Below the pieces are notes generated by a model, which did no database searches, was not told where the DNA came from, and saw only the letters and a program-made list of their open reading frames with translations. A stretch of DNA of 32,000 nucleotides from Synechocystis sp. PCC 6803 substr. PCC-P (GTDB lineage Bacteria; Cyanobacteriota; Cyanobacteriia; Cyanobacteriales; Microcystaceae): the NCBI RefSeq assembly GCF_000284455.1, contig NC_017039.1:990001-1022000 (forward strand). The letters run 5' to 3'. Both the position numbers and the translations under genes were made by a program. How positions within the stretch are numbered: position 1 is the stretch's first letter; every line of letters starts with the position of its first letter. Positions 1 to 9,283 of the stretch are shown one piece after another.

Positions 1-1858
1 CCTGGCCCAATAGGTGATGTAGTTCTTCCCCTTCAATGACCTCTTTTTCAAGAATTTTTTCGGCGATCGCCTCTAGTAAATCTCGATTGTGCTCCAGAAT
101 TGCCAAAGCTTGGTTATGGCCCTGCTCAACGATTTCTTTGACCTCTAGGTCAATTTCTTTGGCAGTGTCGTCACTGACCATGCGCCGGGGATTACCCATG
201 CCCTGCCCCAGAAAGTTATTTTGCTGACCTTTATCGTAGGCGAGGGGGCCCAAAACCTTACTCATGCCATAGGTGGTGACCATCTGTTCTGCTAAGTCCG
301 TGGCCCGTTGTAAATCATTGGCCGCGCCAGTGGTGATGCTGTCAAAAACAATTTCTTCGGCGGCCCTTCCCCCCAGCAGAGTGGCAATTTGGTCCCGTAG
401 CTCAGACTCGTTTAACAAAAAGCGGTCTTCTGTGGGCATCTGTAGGGTATAACCCAGGGCGGCCATCCCCCGGGGCACAATGGAAATTTTCGCCACCTGA
501 CCACCGCCGGGCATCACTGCTCCCACTAGTGCGTGGCCCACTTCATGGTAGGCAACAATTTTTTTCTCCTTATCCGACAGCACCCGACTTTTCTTCTCCA
601 AGCCAGCCACCACCCGTTCGATCGCCTCGCGGAAATCGGCTTCGGTAACGCTATCTTGCTTATTCCTAGCGGCTAGCAGTGCCGCTTCGTTGACTAAGTT
701 AGCCAAGTCAGCCCCGGCAAAACCAGGGGTACGGGTGGCAATATTTTTTAATTCCACCTCTTTGTCCAATTTAATTTTCTTGGCATAAATTTCTAAAATT
801 TTCAGCCTGCCCGCCAAATCTGGCCGGTCCACCAATACCTGGCGATCGAAACGGCCAGGACGCAGTAAAGCTGGATCCAAGGTTTCCGGGCGGTTAGTGG
901 CCGCCAATACAATCACCGTTGCCCCCGCCGCACTGAACCCATCCATTTCCGTCAGCAGTTGGTTGAGGGTTTGTTCTCGCTCATCGTTACCACCCATAAA
1001 AGCGCCGCTGGCCCGGGATTTACCAATGGCATCCAATTCGTCAATGAAGACAATGCAAGGGGCTTGTTTTTTGGCTTGCTCAAATAAATCCCGCACCCTG
1101 GCGGCCCCTGCGCCCACAAATAACTCCACAAATTCAGAACCAGAAATGATGAAAAATGGCACCCCTGCTTCCCCCGCCGCCGCTTTAGCCAGTAGGGTTT
1201 TGCCTGTGCCGGGAGGCCCGACTAGCAATACGCCTTTAGGAATTTTTGCTCCCAGGGCGGTGTAACGTTGGGGAAATTTGAGAAAATCCACCACTTCGCT
1301 CAATTCCGTTTTGGCTTCTTCCACCCCGGCCACGTCGTCAAAGGTGACTTTAGTGGAGTCCCCTTCCACATAAACTTTCGCTTTACTTTTAGTGAAGGCC
1401 AAAGCCCCACCGGGAGCACCGTTATTATTGCGGTTCAAGAAAAATGACCAAATACCAACAAAAATCAGCGGAGGGATAACCCAACTCAAAAGGGTGCCAA
1501 ACCAAGAATTTTTCGCTGGGGGAGCGGCCGCAAACTCAATGCCCTTGGCCTCCAAGCGCTTGGGTAACTCCAGATCAAAAATGGGAGTAGTTCTTAAAAT
1601 TTGCCCCTCGGCGGCTTTTTCTTTCCCCTCATCCTCTGCTTCCGGTTTGAGTTGATAGCGAATCTCGTTTTGTCCTACGTAAACGCTGGCTACCTTGTCC
1701 CCTTCCACCTGGTCAATGAAAAGACTGTAGGGCACCTGGGGCGGTTGGGAGCGAAATAATGCCGGGGCAAGCAAGTTCACTAACAGATAAATGGTGGAGC
1801 CCCACAGCAGGACGCTAGCAAGGCGACGTTGCCATTGGGGTTGGGGTTTGATGGCCAT
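1..1858 (-). CDS. ftsH: ATP-dependent zinc metalloprotease FtsH (C-terminal end truncated by window edge)
   Basis: My own minus-strand translation from the ATG at 1858 gives [12 protein letters not shown]..., with an N-terminal TM region. It contains Walker A GPPGTGKT, Walker B IVFIDELD, the AAA second region of homology and the zinc motif HEVGHAL. The frame is open to base 2. It is missing from the ORF track because it runs off the edge. Confidence 0.95.
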   Translation of the reverse strand, partial: MAIKPQPQWQRRLASVLLWGSTIYLLVNLLAPALFRSQPPQVPYSLFIDQVEGDKVASVYVGQNEIRYQLKPEAEDEGKEKAAEGQILRTTPIFDLELPKRLEAKGIEFAAAPPAKNSWFGTLLSWVIPPLIFVGIWSFFLNRNNNGAPGGALAFTKSKAKVYVEGDSTKVTFDDVAGVEEAKTELSEVVDFLKFPQRYTALGAKIPKGVLLVGPPGTGKTLLAKAAAGEAGVPFFIISGSEFVELFVGAGAARVRDLFEQAKKQAPCIVFIDELDAIGKSRASGAFMGGNDEREQTLNQLLTEMDGFSAAGATVIVLAATNRPETLDPALLRPGRFDRQVLVDRPDLAGRLKILEIYAKKIKLDKEVELKNIATRTPGFAGADLANLVNEAALLAARNKQDSVTEADFREAIERVVAGLEKKSRVLSDKEKKIVAYHEVGHALVGAVMPGGGQVAKISIVPRGMAALGYTLQMPTEDRFLLNESELRDQIATLLGGRAAEEIVFDSITTGAANDLQRATDLAEQMVTTYGMSKVLGPLAYDKGQQNNFLGQGMGNPRRMVSDDTAKEIDLEVKEIVEQGHNQALAILEHNRDLLEAIAEKILEKEVIEGEELHHLLGQ

Positions 1859-1989
1859 GGGTTGGGAGAAGAGTAACTGAACAAGAAAAATCTGGCGATC
1901 GGGTTGATCGGCCTTTCCCCATCATATCCCTAAGGCAAGGCGATATTTTTGGGCTATGGTTTTCAGTCTAGGGCTTGGGGATTGGAGTC

Positions 1990-3027
1990 CTAACAAATAC
2001 GGGGTAATTGCTCCCCACTGATCATGTCTAGCAACCGGGGGGCACCAATGGAACTTTCCAAACTGACTAACCCCAAGGTTTGTGCACTTTTGCCTGTTAC
2101 TGTACCGATCGCCGTAGCTTGGGGATGGAAAGTTTGCAAAATTTCCACGGTCTTCTGTTCTGCTTCCGGGGGCACAATGGCCAGGAATCTTCCCTCATTG
2201 GCCACATAGAGGGGGTCAAAACCCAACAGTTCACAGGCGGCTTGTACTTCGGCCTCCACCGGGATTAACGTTTCTCGTAAAGCCATGGTTACCCCGGAAG
2301 TTTGGGCAATTTCATTAACCGCACTGGCTAATCCCCCCCTGGTTAAATCCCGCAGACAATGGATTGGGATCCCTGCCGACAATAATGCCTGCACTTCTCT
2401 GTGAACCGGGGCCGAATCACTTTCAATGGTGGTTTCAAATTCTAATCCTTGGCGCACTGCCATAATGGCCATGCCATGACGTCCCAAATCACCGCTCAAA
2501 ATTAGGCGATCGCCTACCTGTACCTGATTGGGATGGATAGTTTGTTGATGGTCGAGGGAACCAATGCCGCTGGTGTTGATGAAAATGCCGTCTCCCTTAC
2601 CCCGGTCCACCACTTTGGTATCACCGGTAAGAATTTCCACCCCACAGTTTTGGGCCGCTTGCCCTAGGGATTGGGCCACCCGCCAGAGGGTCTCCATGGG
2701 CAATCCTTCTTCGAGGATAAAACCAACGCTGATATAGCGAGGGGTTGCGCCGGCCATGGCTAGGTCATTAACGGTGCCGTGGACTGCCAAAGAACCAATA
2801 TCGCCCCCAGGAAAAAAGAGGGGATTGATCACATAGGAGTCGGTGGTGAAAGCTAAAGAACTTTGGTTGGCAGTAAAAACCGCCGCATCATGACTACCCG
2901 TTTCAGAAGCGCCAAAGGCCGGTAAAAAAATTTGCTTAAGTAATTGTTGGCTCAACTTACCGCCGCCGCCGTGGGCTAACAGTACCTGGGGATAACGATC
3001 AAGGGGAACGGGACAGACTAAGTTCAC
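1990..3027 (-). CDS. hypE: hydrogenase maturation protein HypE (carbamoyl dehydratase)
   Basis: 345 aa with a PurM/AIR-synthase-like fold. The C-terminus ends in ...EQLPRIC, the characteristic HypE PR(I/V)C cysteine tail. Confidence 0.9.
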   Translation of the reverse strand: MNLVCPVPLDRYPQVLLAHGGGGKLSQQLLKQIFLPAFGASETGSHDAAVFTANQSSLAFTTDSYVINPLFFPGGDIGSLAVHGTVNDLAMAGATPRYISVGFILEEGLPMETLWRVAQSLGQAAQNCGVEILTGDTKVVDRGKGDGIFINTSGIGSLDHQQTIHPNQVQVGDRLILSGDLGRHGMAIMAVRQGLEFETTIESDSAPVHREVQALLSAGIPIHCLRDLTRGGLASAVNEIAQTSGVTMALRETLIPVEAEVQAACELLGFDPLYVANEGRFLAIVPPEAEQKTVEILQTFHPQATAIGTVTGKSAQTLGLVSLESSIGAPRLLDMISGEQLPRIC

Positions 3028-3075
3028 TGGCAGCTAATCTCTTTGTTGCAGGATGTAACAGTTACGGCCAAGAAC

Positions 3076-3738
3076 TTAAATTTCCTCAGGATCAACGCCT
3101 AATTCCTTCAGCTTGGCCGCTAGGCGATCGGCCCTTTGTTGTTCTTCGTTAGCCCGTTGCTTTTCTTTGACCATTTCTCGATCAAGCTCCACCGTGGTAA
3201 GAAACTTGCGTCCGTCAGGATAATAAATCTGCAGGGTATCGGGAGTGAGGAAAAAGCGAATGCCCAGGAGGGGGCTAGTCCAATCTTCTATGGTCTCAAT
3301 CACCTCTAATCCGTTCTCTCCCCGCTGCAGTCCGGTTAATTCGTTGTCATCGGGGTCATAAACGTAATACTCATTCACCCCGTAGCGTTCATAAAACTGT
3401 AATTTGCGAATCATTTCCTTAGCACGATTGCCGGGAGAGAGGATTTCAAAGACCACCTGGGGAGCAATATTGTCTTCCTCCCATTGGCGGTAGGAACCGC
3501 GTTTCCCCTTGGGCCGCCCTAGGGCCACCATGGCATCGGGAGCTACACGGATTTCAGGATGCCCTTCCACGGGATACCAGAGTAGGTCCCCGGCTACGAA
3601 AACATTGTCGTCCTGGGCAAAAAGACACTCCAGATTTTCCTTGAGTAAAACAATCCACTGGAATTGTTCAGTATTATCTGCCATGGGTTGACCGTCGCTG
3701 TCGGGGTAGATAATAGTGCGATGGGGGGCGATAACCAT
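3076..3738 (-). CDS. Uma2 family (DUF820) PD-(D/E)xK nuclease-like protein, paralog 1
   Basis: 220 aa. Motifs: PDSDGQPMADNT, VAGDLLWYP, APDAMV, VVFEILSPGN and YERYGVNEYYVYDP, plus a charged coiled-coil tail ending KLKELGVDPEEI. It is clearly paralogous to the ORF at 27085-27750. Confidence 0.85.
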   Translation of the reverse strand: MVIAPHRTIIYPDSDGQPMADNTEQFQWIVLLKENLECLFAQDDNVFVAGDLLWYPVEGHPEIRVAPDAMVALGRPKGKRGSYRQWEEDNIAPQVVFEILSPGNRAKEMIRKLQFYERYGVNEYYVYDPDDNELTGLQRGENGLEVIETIEDWTSPLLGIRFFLTPDTLQIYYPDGRKFLTTVELDREMVKEKQRANEEQQRADRLAAKLKELGVDPEEI

Positions 3739-3790
3739 TTGCTTTGCTTAAGTTTCCTAAAATGGGCAACTTTGCTTATATCTTATCGGC

Positions 3791-4468
3791 TTAAACTCTC
3801 AACTGAGTGATGGCAATGTTGCCGGAAAAACAAACGTCAATGTCGGAGCCGGGTTGCCGTGGTCGCTGGCTATATTCCCCCCGATAAAAGAAATTCGATC
3901 CTTCTATGGTGAATGCCACGGGCAGAGGATCCCGACTGGGTTCACAAAAAATAACCTCCGGTTCCGGGTCGCCACTTTGCCAATGGGGTAAGTTAACGTT
4001 CCAAAAATGTTGGGGGGGTAAATCCTGTTGCCAAAGGGTATTGAAGACAGCATTGGCCCAATGGGAAGCCCAGGCCCAGTTAATGGTGCGGGGTTTGTTA
4101 ATCCAGTGGGAAATGGCGATCGCCTTATGGCCAAGGATAGCCGCCTCCCGTACCGCCGCCACTGTGCCAGATAGGTAGGAATCAATGCCCATATTGCCCC
4201 CCGCATTGATGCCGGCAATAACCCAATCCACTTCTGGATAAAAATGAACTACTCCCAACCGGGTACAGTCCGCCGGAGTGCCGTCCACTGCGTAACGATT
4301 TTTGCCTCTTTGTTCCACGGCGATCGCCTGGTCAGTGGTCACCTTATGGCCACAGCCGGAATGTTGATTTTTGGGAGCCACCCACACCCCCCTTTTACCA
4401 AGGGCTTCATAGAGAGCTTCAATACCAGGGGCATCAATGCCATCGTCATTGGTGAGCAAAAAATTCAT
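3791..4468 (-). CDS. surE: 5'/3'-nucleotidase SurE
   Basis: The N-terminus MNFLLTNDDGIDAPGIEAL is the canonical SurE signature. 225 aa. Confidence 0.9.
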   Translation of the reverse strand: MNFLLTNDDGIDAPGIEALYEALGKRGVWVAPKNQHSGCGHKVTTDQAIAVEQRGKNRYAVDGTPADCTRLGVVHFYPEVDWVIAGINAGGNMGIDSYLSGTVAAVREAAILGHKAIAISHWINKPRTINWAWASHWANAVFNTLWQQDLPPQHFWNVNLPHWQSGDPEPEVIFCEPSRDPLPVAFTIEGSNFFYRGEYSQRPRQPGSDIDVCFSGNIAITQLRV

Positions 4469-4597
4469 AGGATGTGTAACTAGTCAAACGGGCAACGGTA
4501 AGCAAACCTTTTAAACCATAGCGAAAATTGTCCAGGCCGTGATTTTGTTAAGATGTAGTCCAAGACCCCATTGTTGAGATAGGCCCGTAGAACGTCC

Positions 4598-5161
4598 ATG
4601 ACTGCCACCATCCTCGTTGAAAAGCAAAAAGTTGATCGTCCCCCTTTAGAACTTCATTACCTAGGGGACAAGGTGCTCCGACAACCGGCCAAGCGCATTG
4701 CCAAGGTGGATGACAGCATTCGCAAATTGGCCAAGGAGATGTTGCAGACTATGTACAGTGCCAATGGTATCGGGTTGGCTGCTCCCCAGGTGGGTATTAA
4801 CAAACAACTTTTGGTGGTGGATTGTGAACAGGATAAGCCCGATGAACCGCCTTTGATTATGATTAATCCCCAAATTACCCGCACTAGCGAAGAACTTTGT
4901 GTGGTGGAAGAGGGTTGTCTGAGTGTGCCCAATGTTTACATGGATGTGACCCGGCCCCGGGCGATCGAAGTGACCTACAAAGATGAGCATGGCCGGCCCC
5001 AAAAACGCCTTTTTGCTGAGCTAACCGCCAGGGTAATTCAACATGAAATGGACCATCTGAATGGGGTTATGTTTGTGGACCGGGTGGATAATCCTTTAGC
5101 CTTAGCAGAATCTTTGAAGAAAGAAGGTTTTTCTATGCAGGCGGTTAAGCCCGTCGCTTGA
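4598..5161 (+). CDS. def: peptide deformylase
   Basis: All three PDF motifs are present: GIGLAAPQVG, EGCLSVP and QHEMDHL. Confidence 0.95.
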   Translation: MTATILVEKQKVDRPPLELHYLGDKVLRQPAKRIAKVDDSIRKLAKEMLQTMYSANGIGLAAPQVGINKQLLVVDCEQDKPDEPPLIMINPQITRTSEELCVVEEGCLSVPNVYMDVTRPRAIEVTYKDEHGRPQKRLFAELTARVIQHEMDHLNGVMFVDRVDNPLALAESLKKEGFSMQAVKPVA

Positions 5162-5276
5162 GTCTTAGTTAGCAGGCCATCTGAAAAAAGTCTTCACTTC
5201 CCTGGCTCAACCCTAGCCCCCGCTTAACGGTAAACTGAACTGTTGTCCGTTCCATTGTTCCGGAGGCTATTTTTCT

Positions 5277-5474
5277 GTGACCCCTAAAAGTGGTATTCTT
5301 CTGCTCCTTTCCTGTGTGTCGGCGATCGCCGCCGTGGGCTGCGTATTTGAACTGTCATCGGGGCAACCGGAATTGGGCAGTACGACCACCACGGCCATTT
5401 TGTTGGGCAGTATTCCCCTGACAGCCCTTTTCTTTTGGATTGCGGTGCAGGATACCAGGGCCAACATGAAGTAG
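5277..5474 (+). CDS. possible small two-TM membrane protein (GTG start)
   Basis: 65-aa ORF in the 368-nt def-lysS spacer. It has two clear hydrophobic segments, ILLLLSCVSAIAAVGCVF and AILLGSIPLTALFFWIAV. There is no recognisable homology, and overlapping ORFs exist on the other strand. Confidence 0.3.
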   Translation: MTPKSGILLLLSCVSAIAAVGCVFELSSGQPELGSTTTTAILLGSIPLTALFFWIAVQDTRANMK

Positions 5475-5529
5475 ATAGTTTATTAGTATTTAATATCATT
5501 TCATTTCAATTTTTCCCGTTTACTCCACT

Positions 5530-7062
5530 ATGGCCGATTCCCATTCCCACTCCAGCCTTGAAGAAATCCGTGCCACCCGGCTTGAAAAAGCGGAACAATT
5601 GCGGCAACTCGGCCTCAATCCCTATGCCTACACCTGGGAAATTACCCACCAAGCTCAGGATTTACAGGAAACCTATCGGGATCTAAGCAACGGCGAAGAA
5701 GTGGACCTCAAAGTGGCGATCGCCGGCCGAATCTTAGCACGGCGGGTGATGGGAAAATTAGCCTTTTTTACTCTCCAGGACGAAAGCGGCACCATCCAAC
5801 TTTATTTGGAAAAGCAACGGCTGACGGAACATATGCCGGAGTTGGAAAATGCTTTTAACTTGTTGAAAAAAATCACCGATGTGGGGGATATTTTGGGGGT
5901 AACCGGCACCCTCAAACGCACGGAAAAAGGCGAATTATCGGTTTATGTGCAAACCTACGCTGTATTAACTAAGTCTTTACTGCCCCTACCGGATAAATGG
6001 CATGGTTTGACTGACACAGAAAAACGCTACCGCCAACGTTACGTGGATTTAATCGTTAATCCCACCGTAAGGCAAACTTTCCGCCGCCGGGCCCAGATTA
6101 CCGCCGCCATCCGCCGTTACTTGGATAAACAGGGCTTTATCGAAATTGAAACACCAGTTTTACAGGGGGAATCCGGGGGCGCAGAAGCTCGGCCTTTTAT
6201 CACCCATCACAACACCCTGGGCATGCCCCTGTATCTCCGCATTGCTACGGAATTACATCTGAAAAGATTGGTGGTGGGAGGCTTTGAAAAGGTTTTTGAG
6301 TTGGGGCGAATTTTTCGCAACGAAGGGGTTTCCACCAGGCATAATCCTGAATTTACCTCCATTGAGGTCTATCAAGCCTACGTGGACTATAACGAGATGA
6401 TGGCCTTAACCGAAGCCCTCGTCACCACCGCCGCCCAAGCAGTATTAGGCACGCTAAAAATTACCTACCAAGGGGAAGAAATCGACCTCACCCCTCCCTG
6501 GAAACGCATCACCATGCACGAAGCGGTGCAGTTAGAAACAGGGATAGATTTTAGCCAATTTACAGATCTGGAAACGGCCAAACAAGCGGCCACAAAAGCG
6601 GGCATTGGTGTGCCGGAAGATTGTCCTTCCCTTGGGCATTTGTTAAACCATGCTTTTGAGCAAAAAGTGGAAGGGACGTTGATGCAACCCACTTTTATCA
6701 TCGATTTCCCGGTGGAAATTTCTCCCCTCGCTAAGCCCCATCGCAGTAAACCGGGGCTGGTGGAACGGTTTGAGCTATTTGTTTACGGTCGGGAATTGGC
6801 CAATAGTTTTTCCGAGCTGACAGACCCCATTGATCAACGGAGTCGGTTGGAAGCCCAGGCGGCTAAAAAAGCGGCAGGGGATTTGGAAGCCCACAGCGTT
6901 GATGAAGATTTCCTCACAGCGTTGGAATACGGCATGCCCCCTACTGGTGGCTTGGGCATAGGCATCGATCGCCTGGTGATGTTGCTGACCGATTCCCCCA
7001 GTATTCGAGATGTAATTGCTTTTCCGTTGCTGAAAAATCAGGAGGCTGGCAGCGATGGTTGA
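5530..7062 (+). CDS. lysS: lysine--tRNA ligase, class II
   Basis: 510 aa with an N-terminal OB anticodon-binding region and class II motifs ([30 protein letters not shown]). Confidence 0.95.
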   Translation: MADSHSHSSLEEIRATRLEKAEQLRQLGLNPYAYTWEITHQAQDLQETYRDLSNGEEVDLKVAIAGRILARRVMGKLAFFTLQDESGTIQLYLEKQRLTEHMPELENAFNLLKKITDVGDILGVTGTLKRTEKGELSVYVQTYAVLTKSLLPLPDKWHGLTDTEKRYRQRYVDLIVNPTVRQTFRRRAQITAAIRRYLDKQGFIEIETPVLQGESGGAEARPFITHHNTLGMPLYLRIATELHLKRLVVGGFEKVFELGRIFRNEGVSTRHNPEFTSIEVYQAYVDYNEMMALTEALVTTAAQAVLGTLKITYQGEEIDLTPPWKRITMHEAVQLETGIDFSQFTDLETAKQAATKAGIGVPEDCPSLGHLLNHAFEQKVEGTLMQPTFIIDFPVEISPLAKPHRSKPGLVERFELFVYGRELANSFSELTDPIDQRSRLEAQAAKKAAGDLEAHSVDEDFLTALEYGMPPTGGLGIGIDRLVMLLTDSPSIRDVIAFPLLKNQEAGSDG

Positions 7063-7104
7063 TATTTTCCTAGGAGCTAACTGTCGAGGGAATTTAATTG
7101 GCTC

Positions 7105-8076
7105 CTAGACCTCCTTAATTTCGACCCTGGGAATTCTGAGATAAGCCATGCGCTTAAGCTCCCGTCTTCCCCGGGCAACGGAATCTAAAATTAGGCCGCA
7201 GGTGAAAAAGACAAAGCCCAAGGACATTAAAGAAGCGGCAATGATGACTGTGGGAAATCTCGGTACTAGACCCGTTTCCAGATAGGTAAATACCACCGGC
7301 AACATTAAGGCGATCGCCGACCCGGAAAAGAGGGCAAAGAACACACCAAAAAAGAGGAATGGGCGGGTTTCCTTCATCAGTAAAAAGGAGGTACCCAAAA
7401 CCCGAAAGCCATCGCTAATGGTGTTTAACTTACTTTCGGAGCCAGAAGGGCGAGATTGGTATAACACTGGTTCTTCGGCAAAGGGCAGACGTAGTTCTAG
7501 GGTGTGGATAGTTAATTCCGTTTCAATTTCAAATCCGTTGGAAATAGCTGGGAAGCATTTAACAAAACGGCGGGAAAAAATTCTGTAGCCCGACAACATA
7601 TCGTCCAACCGAGCCCCAAATTGTAATTCCACAATGCCCTTTAATAGTTGGTTACCACTGCGGTGGCCAAAACGGTAGGCCTCCTTGTCCTTAACCTCCG
7701 ATCGCCGAGCCCCCACCACCATATCCAATTGCTCATTAATCAGGCGATCAATCAATCTACCCACCGCTTCGGCTTCATAGGTATTGTCCCCATCCACCAA
7801 AATGTAAATATCCGCTTCAATATCAGCAAACATGCGGCGGATCACATTGCCTTTACCCGGTTGTTTCTCGTAACGAACAATGGCCCCTGCTTGCTGGGCG
7901 ACGGTGGCGGTGTCATCGGTGGAACAATTGTCGTAAACGTAGATGGCGGCATTGGGCAACTGCTGGCGAAAATCAGTCACAACCTGGGTGATGGTCAAAG
8001 CTTCATTACGGCAAGGAACTAGCACCGCCAAACGATAGGCACTGGAAAAAGAGGTTGACACCGTTAATTTAGCCAA
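7105..8076 (-). CDS. family 2 glycosyltransferase with two C-terminal TM helices (polyprenyl-phosphate sugar synthase type, GtrB/ArnC/DPM1-like)
   Basis: GT-A N-terminal domain (LAVLVPCRNE, YDNCSTDDT, DxD as VDGD). Two C-terminal hydrophobic helices (FLFFGVFFALFSGSAIALMLPVVF and TVIIAASLMSLGFVFFTCGLIL). Confidence 0.8.
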   Translation of the reverse strand: MAKLTVSTSFSSAYRLAVLVPCRNEALTITQVVTDFRQQLPNAAIYVYDNCSTDDTATVAQQAGAIVRYEKQPGKGNVIRRMFADIEADIYILVDGDNTYEAEAVGRLIDRLINEQLDMVVGARRSEVKDKEAYRFGHRSGNQLLKGIVELQFGARLDDMLSGYRIFSRRFVKCFPAISNGFEIETELTIHTLELRLPFAEEPVLYQSRPSGSESKLNTISDGFRVLGTSFLLMKETRPFLFFGVFFALFSGSAIALMLPVVFTYLETGLVPRFPTVIIAASLMSLGFVFFTCGLILDSVARGRRELKRMAYLRIPRVEIKEV

Positions 8077-8264
8077 AAATTCGGTAAAAATAAGCTGAGA
8101 AAGGGTCAGAGCGCCTGTATTTTTCCTAAACGTTCATAATTCAGGATTTTAATAGAGGCCTGTGCCAATGGTTCTCAGAACTGGGGCTAATTTTATCTGG
8201 CCGGTTGTCCCTCTGCAAGTTTGTCCAGCCAAAGCCACGATGATAATTAATTGGTTAATAGGGA

Positions 8265-9233
8265 TCACACAGGACTAGCAAACAGAGTATGGCCATCGCT
8301 GTTGCAACGGTAACCCAATCCCTCTAACAACGGTTGGACTCCCAACAATGCCGATTGTTTGGTTTTCACATCAGCGTGGATGTCAATGCAAAGATAGGGG
8401 CGACAGGTTTTTAATGTTTCCATGGCCCCCTGGAGAGCATACAGTTCAAAACCTTCAATATCAATTTTGATCGCTTTGGGGCTGAGATTGTTTTCCCCGG
8501 CAAATTTATCAATGGTGGTGATTTCCACTGCGTAGGTAGCATAATTATCTAGGCTAGGCTCCACATCTTTCGCCAAGGTAGAAGTGTCCGCCGCCCAGGA
8601 AAAACGGTTATCAGTACTATATTCAATGAATTCCGCTTCCCCCGTTTCATCGGCGATCGCCAGGGGAAGAACTGTAATATTTTCCAGGTGGTTGCCCTTA
8701 ACGATTTGTTCAAGGCTTTGACGGGTTTGGCGAGCGGGCTCAAAGGCATAGATATGGCCGTTATTACCAACAATTTCTGCCAAGGGAATACTAATCACCC
8801 CGTAGGCCGCCCCCACATCAAAAAACACGTCCCCGGGCCGTAGATGCTGCCCCAGCCACTGAACGCAATGGCTTTCTATGCAATAGGTAAAACTAAATTC
8901 CTGGGACGTTTCCAAGCAATGGGCATAGGCCCGTAAAATTCCCACCGGAACTCTGAGGGGAACCCCATTAATTTCACAGCTTAGGGTAGTCTGGGGTTGG
9001 CTCTGGGCAACAATTTCCACTAAAGCCCGGCTGTAATCCAAATGGAGATGATCAAAGGATTTTTGTAAACCAGCAATCAAATCATTGGTGTCGGCGATCG
9101 CCCTGAGCATGGCTGCTTCCTGCTCATCTAGGCCAAAAAGCTTGCGACGTAATTGTTTAAAAAATTTTTGCATAGGGGCGTTTCCCAAAAAATCCGATGG
9201 TTTATCCTCAGGTTGGCTAACATTCTCCCACAA
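8265..9233 (-). CDS. FkbM family SAM-dependent methyltransferase
   Basis: Motifs FFDVGAAYGVISIPLAE (SAM-binding glycine loop) and IKIDIEGFELYALQGA, both typical of the FkbM family. The start is uncertain; an alternative ATG lies at 9173. Confidence 0.8.
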   Translation of the reverse strand: MWENVSQPEDKPSDFLGNAPMQKFFKQLRRKLFGLDEQEAAMLRAIADTNDLIAGLQKSFDHLHLDYSRALVEIVAQSQPQTTLSCEINGVPLRVPVGILRAYAHCLETSQEFSFTYCIESHCVQWLGQHLRPGDVFFDVGAAYGVISIPLAEIVGNNGHIYAFEPARQTRQSLEQIVKGNHLENITVLPLAIADETGEAEFIEYSTDNRFSWAADTSTLAKDVEPSLDNYATYAVEITTIDKFAGENNLSPKAIKIDIEGFELYALQGAMETLKTCRPYLCIDIHADVKTKQSALLGVQPLLEGLGYRCNSDGHTLFASPV

Positions 9234-9283
9234 AAATCAACCCCATCTAGGGTCAGCTAAAAAATGCAATCCCCTGTGATATT

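Noticed and set aside
897-1265. 122-aa and 87-aa plus-strand ORFs (897-1265 and 1392-1655) at the left end.
   Set aside because: They are antisense shadows of the ftsH CDS, which reads through the whole region on the minus strand with all AAA and M41 motifs intact.
7070-7108. Inverted repeat ctaggagc / gctcctag between the convergent lysS and GT2 genes, considered as a bidirectional terminator.
   Set aside because: The stem is only 8 bp with a 23-nt loop and no flanking U/A tract, and one arm overlaps the GT2 stop codon. That is too weak to call an intrinsic terminator.
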